A DNA stretch of 64,000 nucleotides, from positions 1 to 64,000 of IMG/VR virus record IMGVR_UViG_3300045581_000334. One strand, 5' to 3'. Of the stretch, positions 40,987-50,428 are shown one piece after another. The notes under the pieces were generated by a model that was given only the letters and a program-made list of their open reading frames with translations, was not told the DNA's origin and searched no databases. Position 1 is the stretch's first letter. The number at the start of each line of letters is the position of its first letter. This DNA comes from a virus. The position numbers were made by a program, and so were the translations under genes.

Positions 40987-41894
40987 TTTATCCTCACTAA
41001 TCCATCTAGGTTTTTCTTTTGTACCTTTTCCTGGTACTCTGCCATTATTTCACCTTGCATTGATATCCACTTATCTCTGCCATACTTCTCTTCATTCTCA
41101 AACCATTCTTTATCGCCAAGGTCATACTTTTGCCAATACATTCTAGTAAAAAGTTTTTCTCCGTTTAAGTTATTTGTAACTCCGTGTAGGTATACCTTTC
41201 CATCTTCTGTAAGAATTTCTGGGTGCCCTGAAGGAAAAACTAAAAAATCTCCAGCTTTAGGCTTGTAAGAAAATATTTTATTATTAATAATAAATTCAAC
41301 TTCTCCGCCATCATAGTCGTCGTTTAGGTATGTAGTAGTTGTAATTGCAAATTTATATCCTGGGGTCTTAATAGGCTCTCTAATAAAGTCAGAATGATAA
41401 TTCATTGCCAATGGGTGTCCTTTTCCTGCATCATCAAAATACTTGCATAGGCTTGGACCAGTCCATCTCCAGGTGCTTATCTCAGAAACTACAGATTGCT
41501 CAGAGTTATAAGTTTCTGAGTACAAGGAGTTTACTGGATTAGAGACATGAGTAGGATCAACATCTAGGTTAAACCTATTAATAAAATCATTATTTACTTT
41601 ATGAAAACCTTTAACTAGCTCACAAATAAAATATTTTTGATCTCTTCCCTTATCGGTTGTAGGCTCTTCATGATCCCAGGCAAACTTCATTTCTCTATCG
41701 GATTTGTTAAAATTTATTCCGAACTTTTCTACTTTTTCTCCAAATTCGTACCATGGTTTCCAGTCTTCAAATATTCCTGTTTCTGAACTTCCAATATCTT
41801 TAGCTATCCTATACATCTTGTCAACATCTTCTAATACGCCGTTATAAACTATAATATATGGATATATTTCTTCGCTATACATTCTTATCTCCAT
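40983..41894 (-). CDS. 2OG-Fe(II) oxygenase, P4H-like (#4)
   Basis: HSD, YLNDDYDGGE, LHGV. Confidence 0.88.
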   Translation of the reverse strand: MEIRMYSEEIYPYIIVYNGVLEDVDKMYRIAKDIGSSETGIFEDWKPWYEFGEKVEKFGINFNKSDREMKFAWDHEEPTTDKGRDQKYFICELVKGFHKVNNDFINRFNLDVDPTHVSNPVNSLYSETYNSEQSVVSEISTWRWTGPSLCKYFDDAGKGHPLAMNYHSDFIREPIKTPGYKFAITTTTYLNDDYDGGEVEFIINNKIFSYKPKAGDFLVFPSGHPEILTEDGKVYLHGVTNNLNGEKLFTRMYWQKYDLGDKEWFENEEKYGRDKWISMQGEIMAEYQEKVQKKNLDGLVRIK

Positions 41895-42603
41895 CTATTA
41901 AAACCCTATAGTACTTCTTATCAGGTTCTGGCTTAACTTCTCCAGTATGTTCTAATATAGTCCAAAAGAATGGAACTGTATATCTTATGCTACCTTTTAT
42001 TTCTGTTACACCGTGAATATAATTCATATCTCCAGGGAAAAAGTAGGCAGCACCTCTTTTAGGCTTAAATTGAATTCCTTGATTAGGGAAATATAACTCT
42101 CCGCCTTCATAATCATCATTTAAATAAAACAAGCTAGCTAAATCATACCATGGAAAATCATTGGACAATCCAGCATCTGGCCCTTCATGTAATTCTTTGT
42201 CTGCGTGTGGTCTTTGGAATTGACCAGGTAGCCACCTAACGATTGTCTGCCCAGTTGGCTGAGCTTTTACCTTATAAAAATCTTCTATGATTGGCTGTAG
42301 TCTTTGAAAGAGTCCAACTATAACTGGAACAATGTTTGGATCATTTTTGTTTAAAGATGGAGCACTACAAACTCTGTCTTTCCAATAACTTGAATCATAT
42401 ATAACTGTTCCATTTTCATTTACATGATCTTCTGTGTAGTCCCAAATTGTAATCTTTTTAGCAGCTGACTCAAGGAAGTTTATCTCATCTTCAGTCATAA
42501 AATTTTCTAGTTCAACAATCATATCCTTGCTGTACCCAAAAAATCCAGATGGGGTTATTGATTTCGGTGCGTGTAAGTGTATGTCTTTGTTTACAATTTC
42601 CAT
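41875..42603 (-). CDS. 2OG-Fe(II) oxygenase, P4H-like (#3)
   Basis: HAD, YLNDDYEGGEL, HGV, RYT. Confidence 0.9.
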   Translation of the reverse strand: MEIVNKDIHLHAPKSITPSGFFGYSKDMIVELENFMTEDEINFLESAAKKITIWDYTEDHVNENGTVIYDSSYWKDRVCSAPSLNKNDPNIVPVIVGLFQRLQPIIEDFYKVKAQPTGQTIVRWLPGQFQRPHADKELHEGPDAGLSNDFPWYDLASLFYLNDDYEGGELYFPNQGIQFKPKRGAAYFFPGDMNYIHGVTEIKGSIRYTVPFFWTILEHTGEVKPEPDKKYYRVLIDGDKNV

Positions 42604-42609
42604 ACTTAA

Positions 42610-43329
42610 TTATACCATTCCATTAGAAGCAGTATTATCATTTACAGATAACCTCAAAGTCTTAGTTTCATGAGAACCTAAAGAATTACCGTTCTCATCT
42701 ACAGCGTCTCTATACCAATCCGTCCAGTTTCCAGAAGAATTTATAACCTGTGCGGCTTCTCCATAAGACATATTAGCATTGTGTCTAGACCTGTCATCAT
42801 CTCTATACTGAACGATCTCTATAACTGAATTGTTTAAGTTACTCAAAGATATTGGAATTATTGTAGCTATTGGAGTACCAGCCTTGATTACAGTTTCTAC
42901 ATTTGCCTTTTTAGCTTTGATTGCTAAAGGCAATGGATTATCATAAAAAGATGTGCTCATTAAATTAGACATTGTTTCAAAATCTTCATTAAAATAATTT
43001 ACTGGATTTATTGTCCATATACTAACATCTGGGTCTGTCCTAAAAACCATACCTGTATTTAGACTTATTGTAGACTGTCCTCGTCCAGAGTAAGCATCAG
43101 CAGGTTTAGTTATCTTTACATGCTGGTCTGTCTGATCATTTATTCCATCCCAAGTAAAAATTATATCTTCTGTGCAGGATAAGTTCCATCCTACTACGTT
43201 GGCCTGTGTTACTGGAAAACATCTGTAGGCATGCTTTTCTGAGGTAACATCCATCCATTCTCTTTTAATAGACATTGGATCTATTTTAAACTTACACCCT
43301 TGCATTTTTTCTACCGATATATTAATCAT
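42610..43329 (-). CDS. DUF6065-like protein
   Basis: R.WMD....HAYRCFP...AN..GW and GTPIA.IIP motifs. Confidence 0.65.
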   Translation of the reverse strand: MINISVEKMQGCKFKIDPMSIKREWMDVTSEKHAYRCFPVTQANVVGWNLSCTEDIIFTWDGINDQTDQHVKITKPADAYSGRGQSTISLNTGMVFRTDPDVSIWTINPVNYFNEDFETMSNLMSTSFYDNPLPLAIKAKKANVETVIKAGTPIATIIPISLSNLNNSVIEIVQYRDDDRSRHNANMSYGEAAQVINSSGNWTDWYRDAVDENGNSLGSHETKTLRLSVNDNTASNGMV

Positions 43330-44012
43330 TATTCATTATCCCACTTTGGATCATACATATCTGGCGTATGATATTTTTTGCTATAATCAAGCATTGTAAC
43401 TATTGAATGTTTAGTTCCACTAGTTACTGGCATAGCTCTATGAGGATACATAAAATTAGAAGGAAATATATACAGGTCTCCAGCTTTTGGCTTTATGTTT
43501 AAACCCTGAAGTCTAAAAAATAGCTCTCCGCCTTCGTAATCATCGTTTGGGTATGCTACAAGTGACACAGTACAGTTATAAGAATATCCATGATCATGAT
43601 GTTCTTGAAAGTGTTGGCCTGGTCCATATTTAATAAAATTAAAAGCTTCCCAATATTTTAATGGCATAATGTTAAACATTCTACGATAATCTTCAACTGC
43701 AGGATTTTGGGCATCATACACATCTTGCCACAAAGACTGTAGCTTTAATGATTCTTCGCTTTTATCTGCCTCTATGTCTGTTTTTTTAAACTTAAAATCT
43801 ACACAATCTCTATAGTCTGGCATAAGTTGTTGGTATCCAACATAAGCTGGATTCCAGTGGTATCTTTTGCCATCTGGAGATAATTGTCCCCATGGGGCAA
43901 CCTCTCCCAATACGCTGTCAAGTCTGTTTATAACATCAATTTCTGGTTTTATAACGTCTCTATAAACAACAATTCCTGTAGCCACTTCTTCTTTGCTAGA
44001 CCATGTTTGCAT
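43329..44012 (-). CDS. 2OG-Fe(II) oxygenase, P4H-like (#2)
   Basis: HHD, YPNDDYEGGEL, FPSNFMYPH; close paralogue of 44773..45483 (EAFNF.KY..G.HF..H.DHG..YNCTVS). Confidence 0.9.
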   Translation of the reverse strand: MQTWSSKEEVATGIVVYRDVIKPEIDVINRLDSVLGEVAPWGQLSPDGKRYHWNPAYVGYQQLMPDYRDCVDFKFKKTDIEADKSEESLKLQSLWQDVYDAQNPAVEDYRRMFNIMPLKYWEAFNFIKYGPGQHFQEHHDHGYSYNCTVSLVAYPNDDYEGGELFFRLQGLNIKPKAGDLYIFPSNFMYPHRAMPVTSGTKHSIVTMLDYSKKYHTPDMYDPKWDNE

Positions 44013-44773
44013 TACTTGTACTCTCTTCTTGACCAGACATTCTTTATGTATACCCCACCGTCGGGAACCCTATACTTTTTCATGTTGTCATTCATTTTAG
44101 CATAAATGTCATTTTGAGACAATAGCTCTATTTCACTTTCCCAATCTTCTCTTTTAAATGGGATAATTTGCATATATGGGGTTCCAGCTTTAATTGTGCC
44201 TTCATATCCATCAACAACAAAAAATGGGAATGTTCCAGACAAATGAACTTTATCGTTATCTACAATCCCAGTAGTATTTAAAAATGGAAGATCGAATCTA
44301 TTCATTGGTGTCATATATATACAGCTGTATCCTTCTGGAACCTCTAGACCCCAATCTGGCTGCCAAGCAAAGTGATACTTGTAGTAACCCTTTGGGTGCT
44401 CAAACTGTGGCATGGGTGGCCTTCTTGATACGAAGTCTCTGCAGTTTAATTCTGAAACCTTGACATCAATATTTCCCTGACTGTCTTTAAAAAATGTTAT
44501 GTCGCATGGTGTTTTTAAAACGTAACCTGTTGAGAACCCATCCATAATTGCTGGGCAAGCTTTCCAAGTTGGGATCTTGCCATAATCATCCTTAGTTCCT
44601 TCTTTTGGAAATGGACAAACCGCTTTAGGAGCTTTAAAATAATCTCCGTTTGGCATCTTAGCAAATCTGTCTGCCTCCTTGTACCACTTTGGCATCACGG
44701 AGTGTGTTGTGGCAGGAGTTGACTTGCTATCTTTTTTTAACCAGGGCCTGAATGACCTAAAAATTATTTTCAT
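44012..44773 (-). CDS. 'KxCP' family protein (DUF6065-related)
   Basis: P.WYK, TWKACP..D....GY, PMNRFDLPF....GIVD.D, GTP..QIIPF.RE.W. Confidence 0.7.
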   Translation of the reverse strand: MKIIFRSFRPWLKKDSKSTPATTHSVMPKWYKEADRFAKMPNGDYFKAPKAVCPFPKEGTKDDYGKIPTWKACPAIMDGFSTGYVLKTPCDITFFKDSQGNIDVKVSELNCRDFVSRRPPMPQFEHPKGYYKYHFAWQPDWGLEVPEGYSCIYMTPMNRFDLPFLNTTGIVDNDKVHLSGTFPFFVVDGYEGTIKAGTPYMQIIPFKREDWESEIELLSQNDIYAKMNDNMKKYRVPDGGVYIKNVWSRREYK

Positions 44774-45483
44774 TACTTATGACCGATTTCATTAATGTCT
44801 GTCATAATAACAACACAATACTTAGTTCCCTCTTTCATTGGCAATGACGCATGTTCATAAATATAGTTTGATGGGAATATTGCAATATCTCCAACTTTTG
44901 GGGTATGAATATGATTATCTAATCTTGGAAATTGTATCTCTCCACCCTCGTAGTCATCGTTAATATAAATTACTGCAGATACAGTACAATTATATGCTGG
45001 CCCATGGTCGGCATGAATTCTAAAATGCTTACCTTCTCCTTCATACTTTACAAAGTTAAATGCTTCATAATATACAACATTTATCCCCCAGTATCTTGCG
45101 TAATCATCAATACAAAATTTTAACTTCTCATAAATTTCATTATGTAAATCAATTAATGGAGCATTAAATTCATTTTTAGGGCCAAGGTTTTCTGGCTTAA
45201 ATTTAAAATCTACGCAGTCCCTTGCCTTTTTAATCGGAACTACAGAATTTGTTACTTGAGCCTCTGACCATCTATATCTGGCCCCATTAGTTAAGTTGTC
45301 TTCAAGTATCTTTATATATCTTTCTGCGTCCTCTTTTGAAAAAGTATTATGATAAATGTTTAGACCTAATCCTGGATTAGTAGTTGTAATAGTACTGTTA
45401 ACTCTTCTTTCTGGCAGCCTATTAGAAGCTGTCTCAGATCTATCTTTATTAAACCAGTGGTCTTGTGGGTCTTGATAATTCAT
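44773..45483 (-). CDS. 2OG-Fe(II) oxygenase, P4H-like (#1); start placed at the ATG at 45483
   Basis: HAD, YINDDYEGGEI, FPSNYIYEH; AGGA RBS before MNYQD; a promoter -10 abuts the track's GTG start. Confidence 0.9.
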   Translation of the reverse strand: MNYQDPQDHWFNKDRSETASNRLPERRVNSTITTTNPGLGLNIYHNTFSKEDAERYIKILEDNLTNGARYRWSEAQVTNSVVPIKKARDCVDFKFKPENLGPKNEFNAPLIDLHNEIYEKLKFCIDDYARYWGINVVYYEAFNFVKYEGEGKHFRIHADHGPAYNCTVSAVIYINDDYEGGEIQFPRLDNHIHTPKVGDIAIFPSNYIYEHASLPMKEGTKYCVVIMTDINEIGHK

Positions 45484-45540
45484 TGTTTTTCCTACCTTTA
45501 CAAACACATTGTATCATAATAAATATTTTATTATGTTTAA

Positions 45541-46587
45541 TCAGGAAACTCTTGTTCCTGATTCTTTTACTGACTGACTAGAAACTATTATAAACTTACA
45601 ATTCTCACGAAAATCTTTTAGGTTGTGAGATCCGCAATACGACATTCCGCTTGTCAAGTTATTAATCATTTGATTAATTGTATCCTCAACACTGCCTCTT
45701 TTTTCTACTTTGCCATGAACACCCTCTACATGCAAACGACTTGCATCTTCTGGCTTTTTATCCATTAAATCTAGTTGTAAGCTAAGAGATGCCGTTCCTC
45801 TAAATTCATTACTTGCACATTCTTCATGACCCGCAAACATGGATCCCATCATTACTGCACTTGCGCCTGCGGCTAAAGCTTTTACAATGTCGCCAGTTTG
45901 CTTTACTGCGCCATCTGAAATCAATCCGTTTATTTCATTTGATTTAATATTGTTATAAACATCCATAACTGACGCAAGAACTGGAACTCCAAATCCAGTA
46001 GCAAATCTGGTATTGCATGCTGCTCCGCCACCGATACCTACTCGTACTGAATCTGCTCCAGAATTCATTAAATCATCATATGCTTCATAGGAAGAAACAT
46101 TTCCAATCATTATATGAGTGTCATTTGGAACAGATGATCTAAGTTGTTTTACAGCATTTATACAAATATCTGTGTGGGCAAATGCCGTATCTATTAGTAA
46201 TGTTTTTATGTTATGAGATAAAATATTATTAATAAAATCAGAATTGTTTGCCTCTTCAATATTTACAGAGAATCCTAATTTATTGTTTGATGGCAACAAC
46301 CTAGACAATTCTTTTAGCTGACTAAATCTATTTGCAGAATTCTGCCACCTATTTATAAACCCCATCCCGCCTCTATTAATTATTTTATAAATCATTTCAT
46401 TGGTACTTATAAAATCCATTGGTGCCATTAAAAATGGAATATCTAAATTAATATGCGCTGCTGGGTTATTTGGATTTCCTAATTTTGTTTTAACATCAAC
46501 ACTAGACCTACTAACAACACTTGATTTTTTAGGAACAAGTAAGACGTCGTCAAAACAAACGCTGTTAGTAGCAGTGTCTAGATGCAT
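45541..46587 (-). CDS. IMP dehydrogenase / GMP reductase family enzyme (no CBS domains)
   Basis: FDDVLLVP, APMD, GNV, VGIGGGAACNTR (catalytic Cys), DIVKALAAGA..VM.GS, EGV. Confidence 0.9.
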   Translation of the reverse strand: MHLDTATNSVCFDDVLLVPKKSSVVSRSSVDVKTKLGNPNNPAAHINLDIPFLMAPMDFISTNEMIYKIINRGGMGFINRWQNSANRFSQLKELSRLLPSNNKLGFSVNIEEANNSDFINNILSHNIKTLLIDTAFAHTDICINAVKQLRSSVPNDTHIMIGNVSSYEAYDDLMNSGADSVRVGIGGGAACNTRFATGFGVPVLASVMDVYNNIKSNEINGLISDGAVKQTGDIVKALAAGASAVMMGSMFAGHEECASNEFRGTASLSLQLDLMDKKPEDASRLHVEGVHGKVEKRGSVEDTINQMINNLTSGMSYCGSHNLKDFRENCKFIIVSSQSVKESGTRVS

Positions 46588-46588
46588 C

Positions 46589-47059
46589 TTAGTCTTTTAA
46601 AGATTTCCAAGGGTTTGGAGGTAGTTTTAAACTTGATTCCAGAAACCAATTCCATTCTTGATGCTTAGATAACCTTTGAGATAAATGTTGAACAAGTCCG
46701 TGCTCACCAAATCTGATTGCGGTTGATATTAATATTTTTATTTCTTCAATCATTTTTTTATTTATTGGAACTAAATGAACAGCCATTTCGACTCCACAAT
46801 AAGTGTCTGGCTTTACATTTCCCAAGGTCTGGTATTCGGCATACTGTTCTAAAGTATATAATGCTTCTATGTTTAACTTCCTTAACCAATTGGAAGTTTC
46901 ATCTACTGCCTTTTCTGAATCTTCATAAATATCTCTATATACAATTCTAGATTGTCTCATCAAAACCGACTCTGTGTTCCAAACAAATCCCCGAACAAGA
47001 TTTGTGAACACAATAGAGTTAGCCTGAAATGTTTTTAATGGCTTGCTTAATTCATCCAC
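46589..47059 (-). CDS. Dps/ferritin-like protein with degenerate ferroxidase site
   Basis: WN, Y......D.....R.L and H....WFL spacing of Dps; size 156 aa. Confidence 0.6.
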   Translation of the reverse strand: MDELSKPLKTFQANSIVFTNLVRGFVWNTESVLMRQSRIVYRDIYEDSEKAVDETSNWLRKLNIEALYTLEQYAEYQTLGNVKPDTYCGVEMAVHLVPINKKMIEEIKILISTAIRFGEHGLVQHLSQRLSKHQEWNWFLESSLKLPPNPWKSLKD

Positions 47060-47092
47060 TATTAATTACCCTTCTAATAATAAGAGGTTATA

Positions 47093-47121
47093 ATAATAAC
47101 ACATTAAAAAAAATGTGTCAA
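47093..47121 (-). promoter_or_regulatory. Sigma70/SigA-type promoter for the Dps-like gene
   Basis: TTGACA, 17-nt spacer, TGT-TATTAT. Confidence 0.7.
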
Positions 47122-47123
47122 TA

Positions 47124-47666
47124 CTAGATGTTTAAAAACTGACTAATTTTATTTATTAAATCTGGATCGTCGTAATCAATTTTAATAAAATTAGGATTGC
47201 TTGACAGATTACTGTTAATGCTGCTAACGTGAGCATCATATATTGTAGAAAGCTCTTCATTCGTTAGATCAAGCATATTTGTTTTGCCTGTTTGCTGATA
47301 AAAGTTGCAGAAAAATTCTTCAAATAAATAATCAGGCACATGGCTAACATAAAGGTCTTTTACATAATTCATTTTTTCAAGCCAAGCTTCTTTGCTTATA
47401 TCAATAAAAATAAACTTAGTATTATTATCTTTTTCAAAAGCATACTGGTGTATAAAAGAAGATGGGAATTCTATAAAAGCATCAACATTTGCGTATTTAG
47501 AATCAAAGTATTCTTTTGCACCATTGATATTTTCTTCATATTTACCTAAAGAGGTTTGATAACCTATTCCTTTAAAAAAATATTCATAGCTTATATTCTT
47601 AAGAGAAAAAAGAGATGCAATCTCTTCTCCTCTGGACATGTTTAATGACACTACGCAAATTTTCAT
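47124..47666 (-). CDS. Sulfotransferase-like (P-loop) protein, degenerate
   Basis: MKI.VV.L, DAF.E.P and KFI.......W..M layout of small sulfotransferases; the KTGT/RTGT loop is not conserved. Confidence 0.45.
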   Translation of the reverse strand: MKICVVSLNMSRGEEIASLFSLKNISYEYFFKGIGYQTSLGKYEENINGAKEYFDSKYANVDAFIEFPSSFIHQYAFEKDNNTKFIFIDISKEAWLEKMNYVKDLYVSHVPDYLFEEFFCNFYQQTGKTNMLDLTNEELSTIYDAHVSSINSNLSSNPNFIKIDYDDPDLINKISQFLNI

Positions 47667-47764
47667 GTATCTATTATATCATTTTCATTATTATTGTCAA
47701 CTGAATCTGTGGGTCTATCATTACCTAATCCGACGTGATCAGCGCATCCACACATCCAACACAT
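47663..47764 (-). CDS. 33-aa CxxCGC peptide (not in ORF track)
   Basis: MCWMCGCADHVGLGNDRPTDSVDNNNENDIIDT*; ATG immediately follows the upstream stop and the TGA overlaps the next ATG (ATGA). Confidence 0.65.
   Translation of the reverse strand: MCWMCGCADHVGLGNDRPTDSVDNNNENDIIDT
47673..47700 (-). promoter_or_regulatory. Leaderless SigA-type promoter
   Basis: TTGACA, 16-nt spacer, TGA-TATAAT, 6 nt, ATG at 47666. Confidence 0.75.
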
Positions 47765-48823
47765 TTATCCAACCACCTTTTCTATGGAATATTTTATATC
47801 ATTCCATATATCTTCCATGTCTTCACACCCTACAGACAGTCTAATCAGGTTGTGGGGGACCAGGGGACTCTCTAGTGGCCAACGCCTTCTTCTTTCCCAC
47901 AAAGACTCTACGCTTCCAAGGCTTGTAGCATATCCTATTAGTTTTGAAGAATAACATATCTCATCAACTTCGATTTCTGTTGCATCAATTTCAAAAGATA
48001 CGACTCCTCCAAATCCAGGATAATATACTTTGTTAACTTTAGGATGGTTTTGTAGTCTCCAAACCAATCCTCTTGCGTTATTCTCAGACTTTTTAAATCT
48101 TAAAGGGAAAGTTCTTATGCCTCTCAAAGAAAGCCAGGATTCAAATGGTGCTGCTATAGTTCCGTTTATTTTTCTTTCAAACTCTATCTTCTCAAAAAGG
48201 TCATTGTTATTTGTAGATATAGATCCAATTAATACGTCGCTATGACCCGATAAATATTTTGTAACGGAATGTAATGAAATATCTGCACCCAGTTTAAGTG
48301 GCTGCTGATTAATTGGTGTCGCAAATGTATTATCCACTACAACAATAATATTTGATTGTTTAGCGCAATTTATTAAAGTTTCTAATTCTGCAATATCTAA
48401 CATTGGGTTTGTAGGAGATTCTATCCACAACATATATGCACCTGCAAGATTTTCTATAACTTCTTCTGTATTTGCTATATCTACAAATCTTGCAATTATT
48501 TTATTTTCATCATTTAGTTTTTTTAATGTGGCGTTTACTCCAGCATAACCTTGGTTTGATGCAACCACAATATTTCCAACTGGTACCGTTGATAAAATAG
48601 AACTCACTGCAGACATCCCAGAGCTAAAAGCTAATGTCTTTCCGCCCTCTAAAGATGATATTGCATTTTCTAAATCTTTACAGTTTTCATTTCCATATCT
48701 TGCATAGCCAATATCTCCTCCAGCATAATATGTAGAGTTAAGAGATATTGGAGTATTGAATGGACCATCTGGACTTCTATCTGGTCTTCCAGAATGTATA
48801 GATCTAGTATTAAATCCTGTCAT
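47765..48823 (-). CDS. PLP-dependent cystathionine gamma-synthase/lyase family enzyme
   Basis: YARYGN, FSSGMSA, ESPTNP, DNTFATP, HSVTKYLSGHSD, SLG.VESL, RLSVG.E. Confidence 0.95.
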   Translation of the reverse strand: MTGFNTRSIHSGRPDRSPDGPFNTPISLNSTYYAGGDIGYARYGNENCKDLENAISSLEGGKTLAFSSGMSAVSSILSTVPVGNIVVASNQGYAGVNATLKKLNDENKIIARFVDIANTEEVIENLAGAYMLWIESPTNPMLDIAELETLINCAKQSNIIVVVDNTFATPINQQPLKLGADISLHSVTKYLSGHSDVLIGSISTNNNDLFEKIEFERKINGTIAAPFESWLSLRGIRTFPLRFKKSENNARGLVWRLQNHPKVNKVYYPGFGGVVSFEIDATEIEVDEICYSSKLIGYATSLGSVESLWERRRRWPLESPLVPHNLIRLSVGCEDMEDIWNDIKYSIEKVVG

Positions 48824-48824
48824 T

Positions 48825-49823
48825 TTATCCCCATATCGCTGCCGAGCATTTTGTACACATGTCTGAATACGACTTAAGTATCATATCAGATCTTTCTTTA
48901 CTATTCCAAATATCTTTTAGGCTAGTAGAATTTACGTTTCCATATACAGTTTCAAAATCATAGTCTGCACAACAAATAAACAGATCTCCGTTTGGATTTA
49001 TGTGTACCCACTCATTTGTCCTGCTTCTTATTTCTATTCCGCCATTACACCCTATAACCTTTTTATTATCAGACTTTAAATATTTATCAATGGCAAACCT
49101 TTGCGTAAGTATTCCATATTTTTCTAAGTGTGCAGCTCTGTCATATAAATGATGAGAGGTGCTAATATCTAAACCTGGAAACATTATTTTAAACTGTTCT
49201 GCATCTCTTGCCAACTCTCCGTTATCATCATCTAGGTCTACTTTTGGCGCATTGCTTAAAAGGTCTAACCATCCACCATTTTTTGTTAGAGATGAATTAT
49301 TTACCCCATTTACCATAAGGTGCAAATAAGGATTAAAAAGACCACTATTCTTTTTTTCATTTAAATATTTAACATTAGACACAACTTTATCAAAAAGTTT
49401 TATGTTCATATTAACGTATCTAGACCATCTTTCTGGTTCGGAAGCTGGTATGTTTAACAAGATTCCGTTAATAACGTCTTGATACTCTATAAGTAAATCA
49501 ACTTTTTTCGGAGTTAACGCTACCCCGTTTGTTAAAATATTTGTTTTAAATCCATACTTTTTATAAACCTGCAGCATTTCTTCAAGGTGCTTATAAAGTA
49601 AAACTTCATTATAATTTGCAGAGTATGCTAAGTTTAAATTTGGATCTACAAAGTCTCCCTTGCCTTCTGTCAACTGTCTCAATATATTATCTAATTCAGA
49701 TATCTCCATGTCTCTTATTGCTGATTTAGGGTTTCCCGCATAAGAAACTGGGCAGAACCAACAGCCAGCATTACAAAGTCCATTGACATCAATTTGAACT
49801 GCTTTAATCATATAATTATTCAT
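48825..49823 (-). CDS. Radical SAM enzyme with C-terminal SPASM/Twitch domain; start placed at the ATG at 49823
   Basis: CNAGCWFC; C-terminal C...I.PNG....CC.D.....GN.....L.DIW......C.KC. Confidence 0.88.
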   Translation of the reverse strand: MNNYMIKAVQIDVNGLCNAGCWFCPVSYAGNPKSAIRDMEISELDNILRQLTEGKGDFVDPNLNLAYSANYNEVLLYKHLEEMLQVYKKYGFKTNILTNGVALTPKKVDLLIEYQDVINGILLNIPASEPERWSRYVNMNIKLFDKVVSNVKYLNEKKNSGLFNPYLHLMVNGVNNSSLTKNGGWLDLLSNAPKVDLDDDNGELARDAEQFKIMFPGLDISTSHHLYDRAAHLEKYGILTQRFAIDKYLKSDNKKVIGCNGGIEIRSRTNEWVHINPNGDLFICCADYDFETVYGNVNSTSLKDIWNSKERSDMILKSYSDMCTKCSAAIWG

Positions 49824-50421
49824 ACTGTTTTCTATCCCAATAATATTTTTTATAAAAATTATTTTCTTTATATTTATTATTTCTAGTATCACATTCTTCT
49901 AAAAGATTTTCATTTAATTCCATTGTCCATTGTTCTCTCATAAAAGGAATTATTTGAAATATAGGAGTTCCAGCTTTAATTATTCCTTCGAACCCCTCTT
50001 TTATAAAAAATGGAAGATTTCCTTTTGGCATTATAGAGTCTGAATCTACAATAGCCGACAAGGTTGTAAATGGCAAATCGTATCTGTTTATTGGATGACA
50101 AATTAATATACTATAATCTTTAGGAGTTTTTATAATGTACGGATTTTTCCATAAAAATTGTCTGCTATCATGATTAAATGGTATTGGCATATTTCCAATA
50201 CTGCTACTATCACGCAATCCAATAACATCTAAATCATTGTTTAAATCTATGTCTTGTTTTAAAACCATAGAGTATCCAGAAATAAATCCATCTATAAAAG
50301 GCATGCAATGTTTTAGCATTAATGAACTTGGTTCATCTTTATACCATTGTGGTATTATTTTTTTTGCAGGTACAAGACTCATCTTTGTCTCATTTTCTTG
50401 ACAGTAAAATTCAAGCTGCAT
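49816..50421 (-). CDS. 'KxCxP' family protein, paralogue of 44012..44773
   Basis: IPQWYK, LKHCMPFID...GY, HPINRYDLPF....IVDSD, GTPIFQIIPF.REQW. Confidence 0.75.
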   Translation of the reverse strand: MQLEFYCQENETKMSLVPAKKIIPQWYKDEPSSLMLKHCMPFIDGFISGYSMVLKQDIDLNNDLDVIGLRDSSSIGNMPIPFNHDSRQFLWKNPYIIKTPKDYSILICHPINRYDLPFTTLSAIVDSDSIMPKGNLPFFIKEGFEGIIKAGTPIFQIIPFMREQWTMELNENLLEECDTRNNKYKENNFYKKYYWDRKQYE

Positions 50422-50428
50422 GTTAAGA

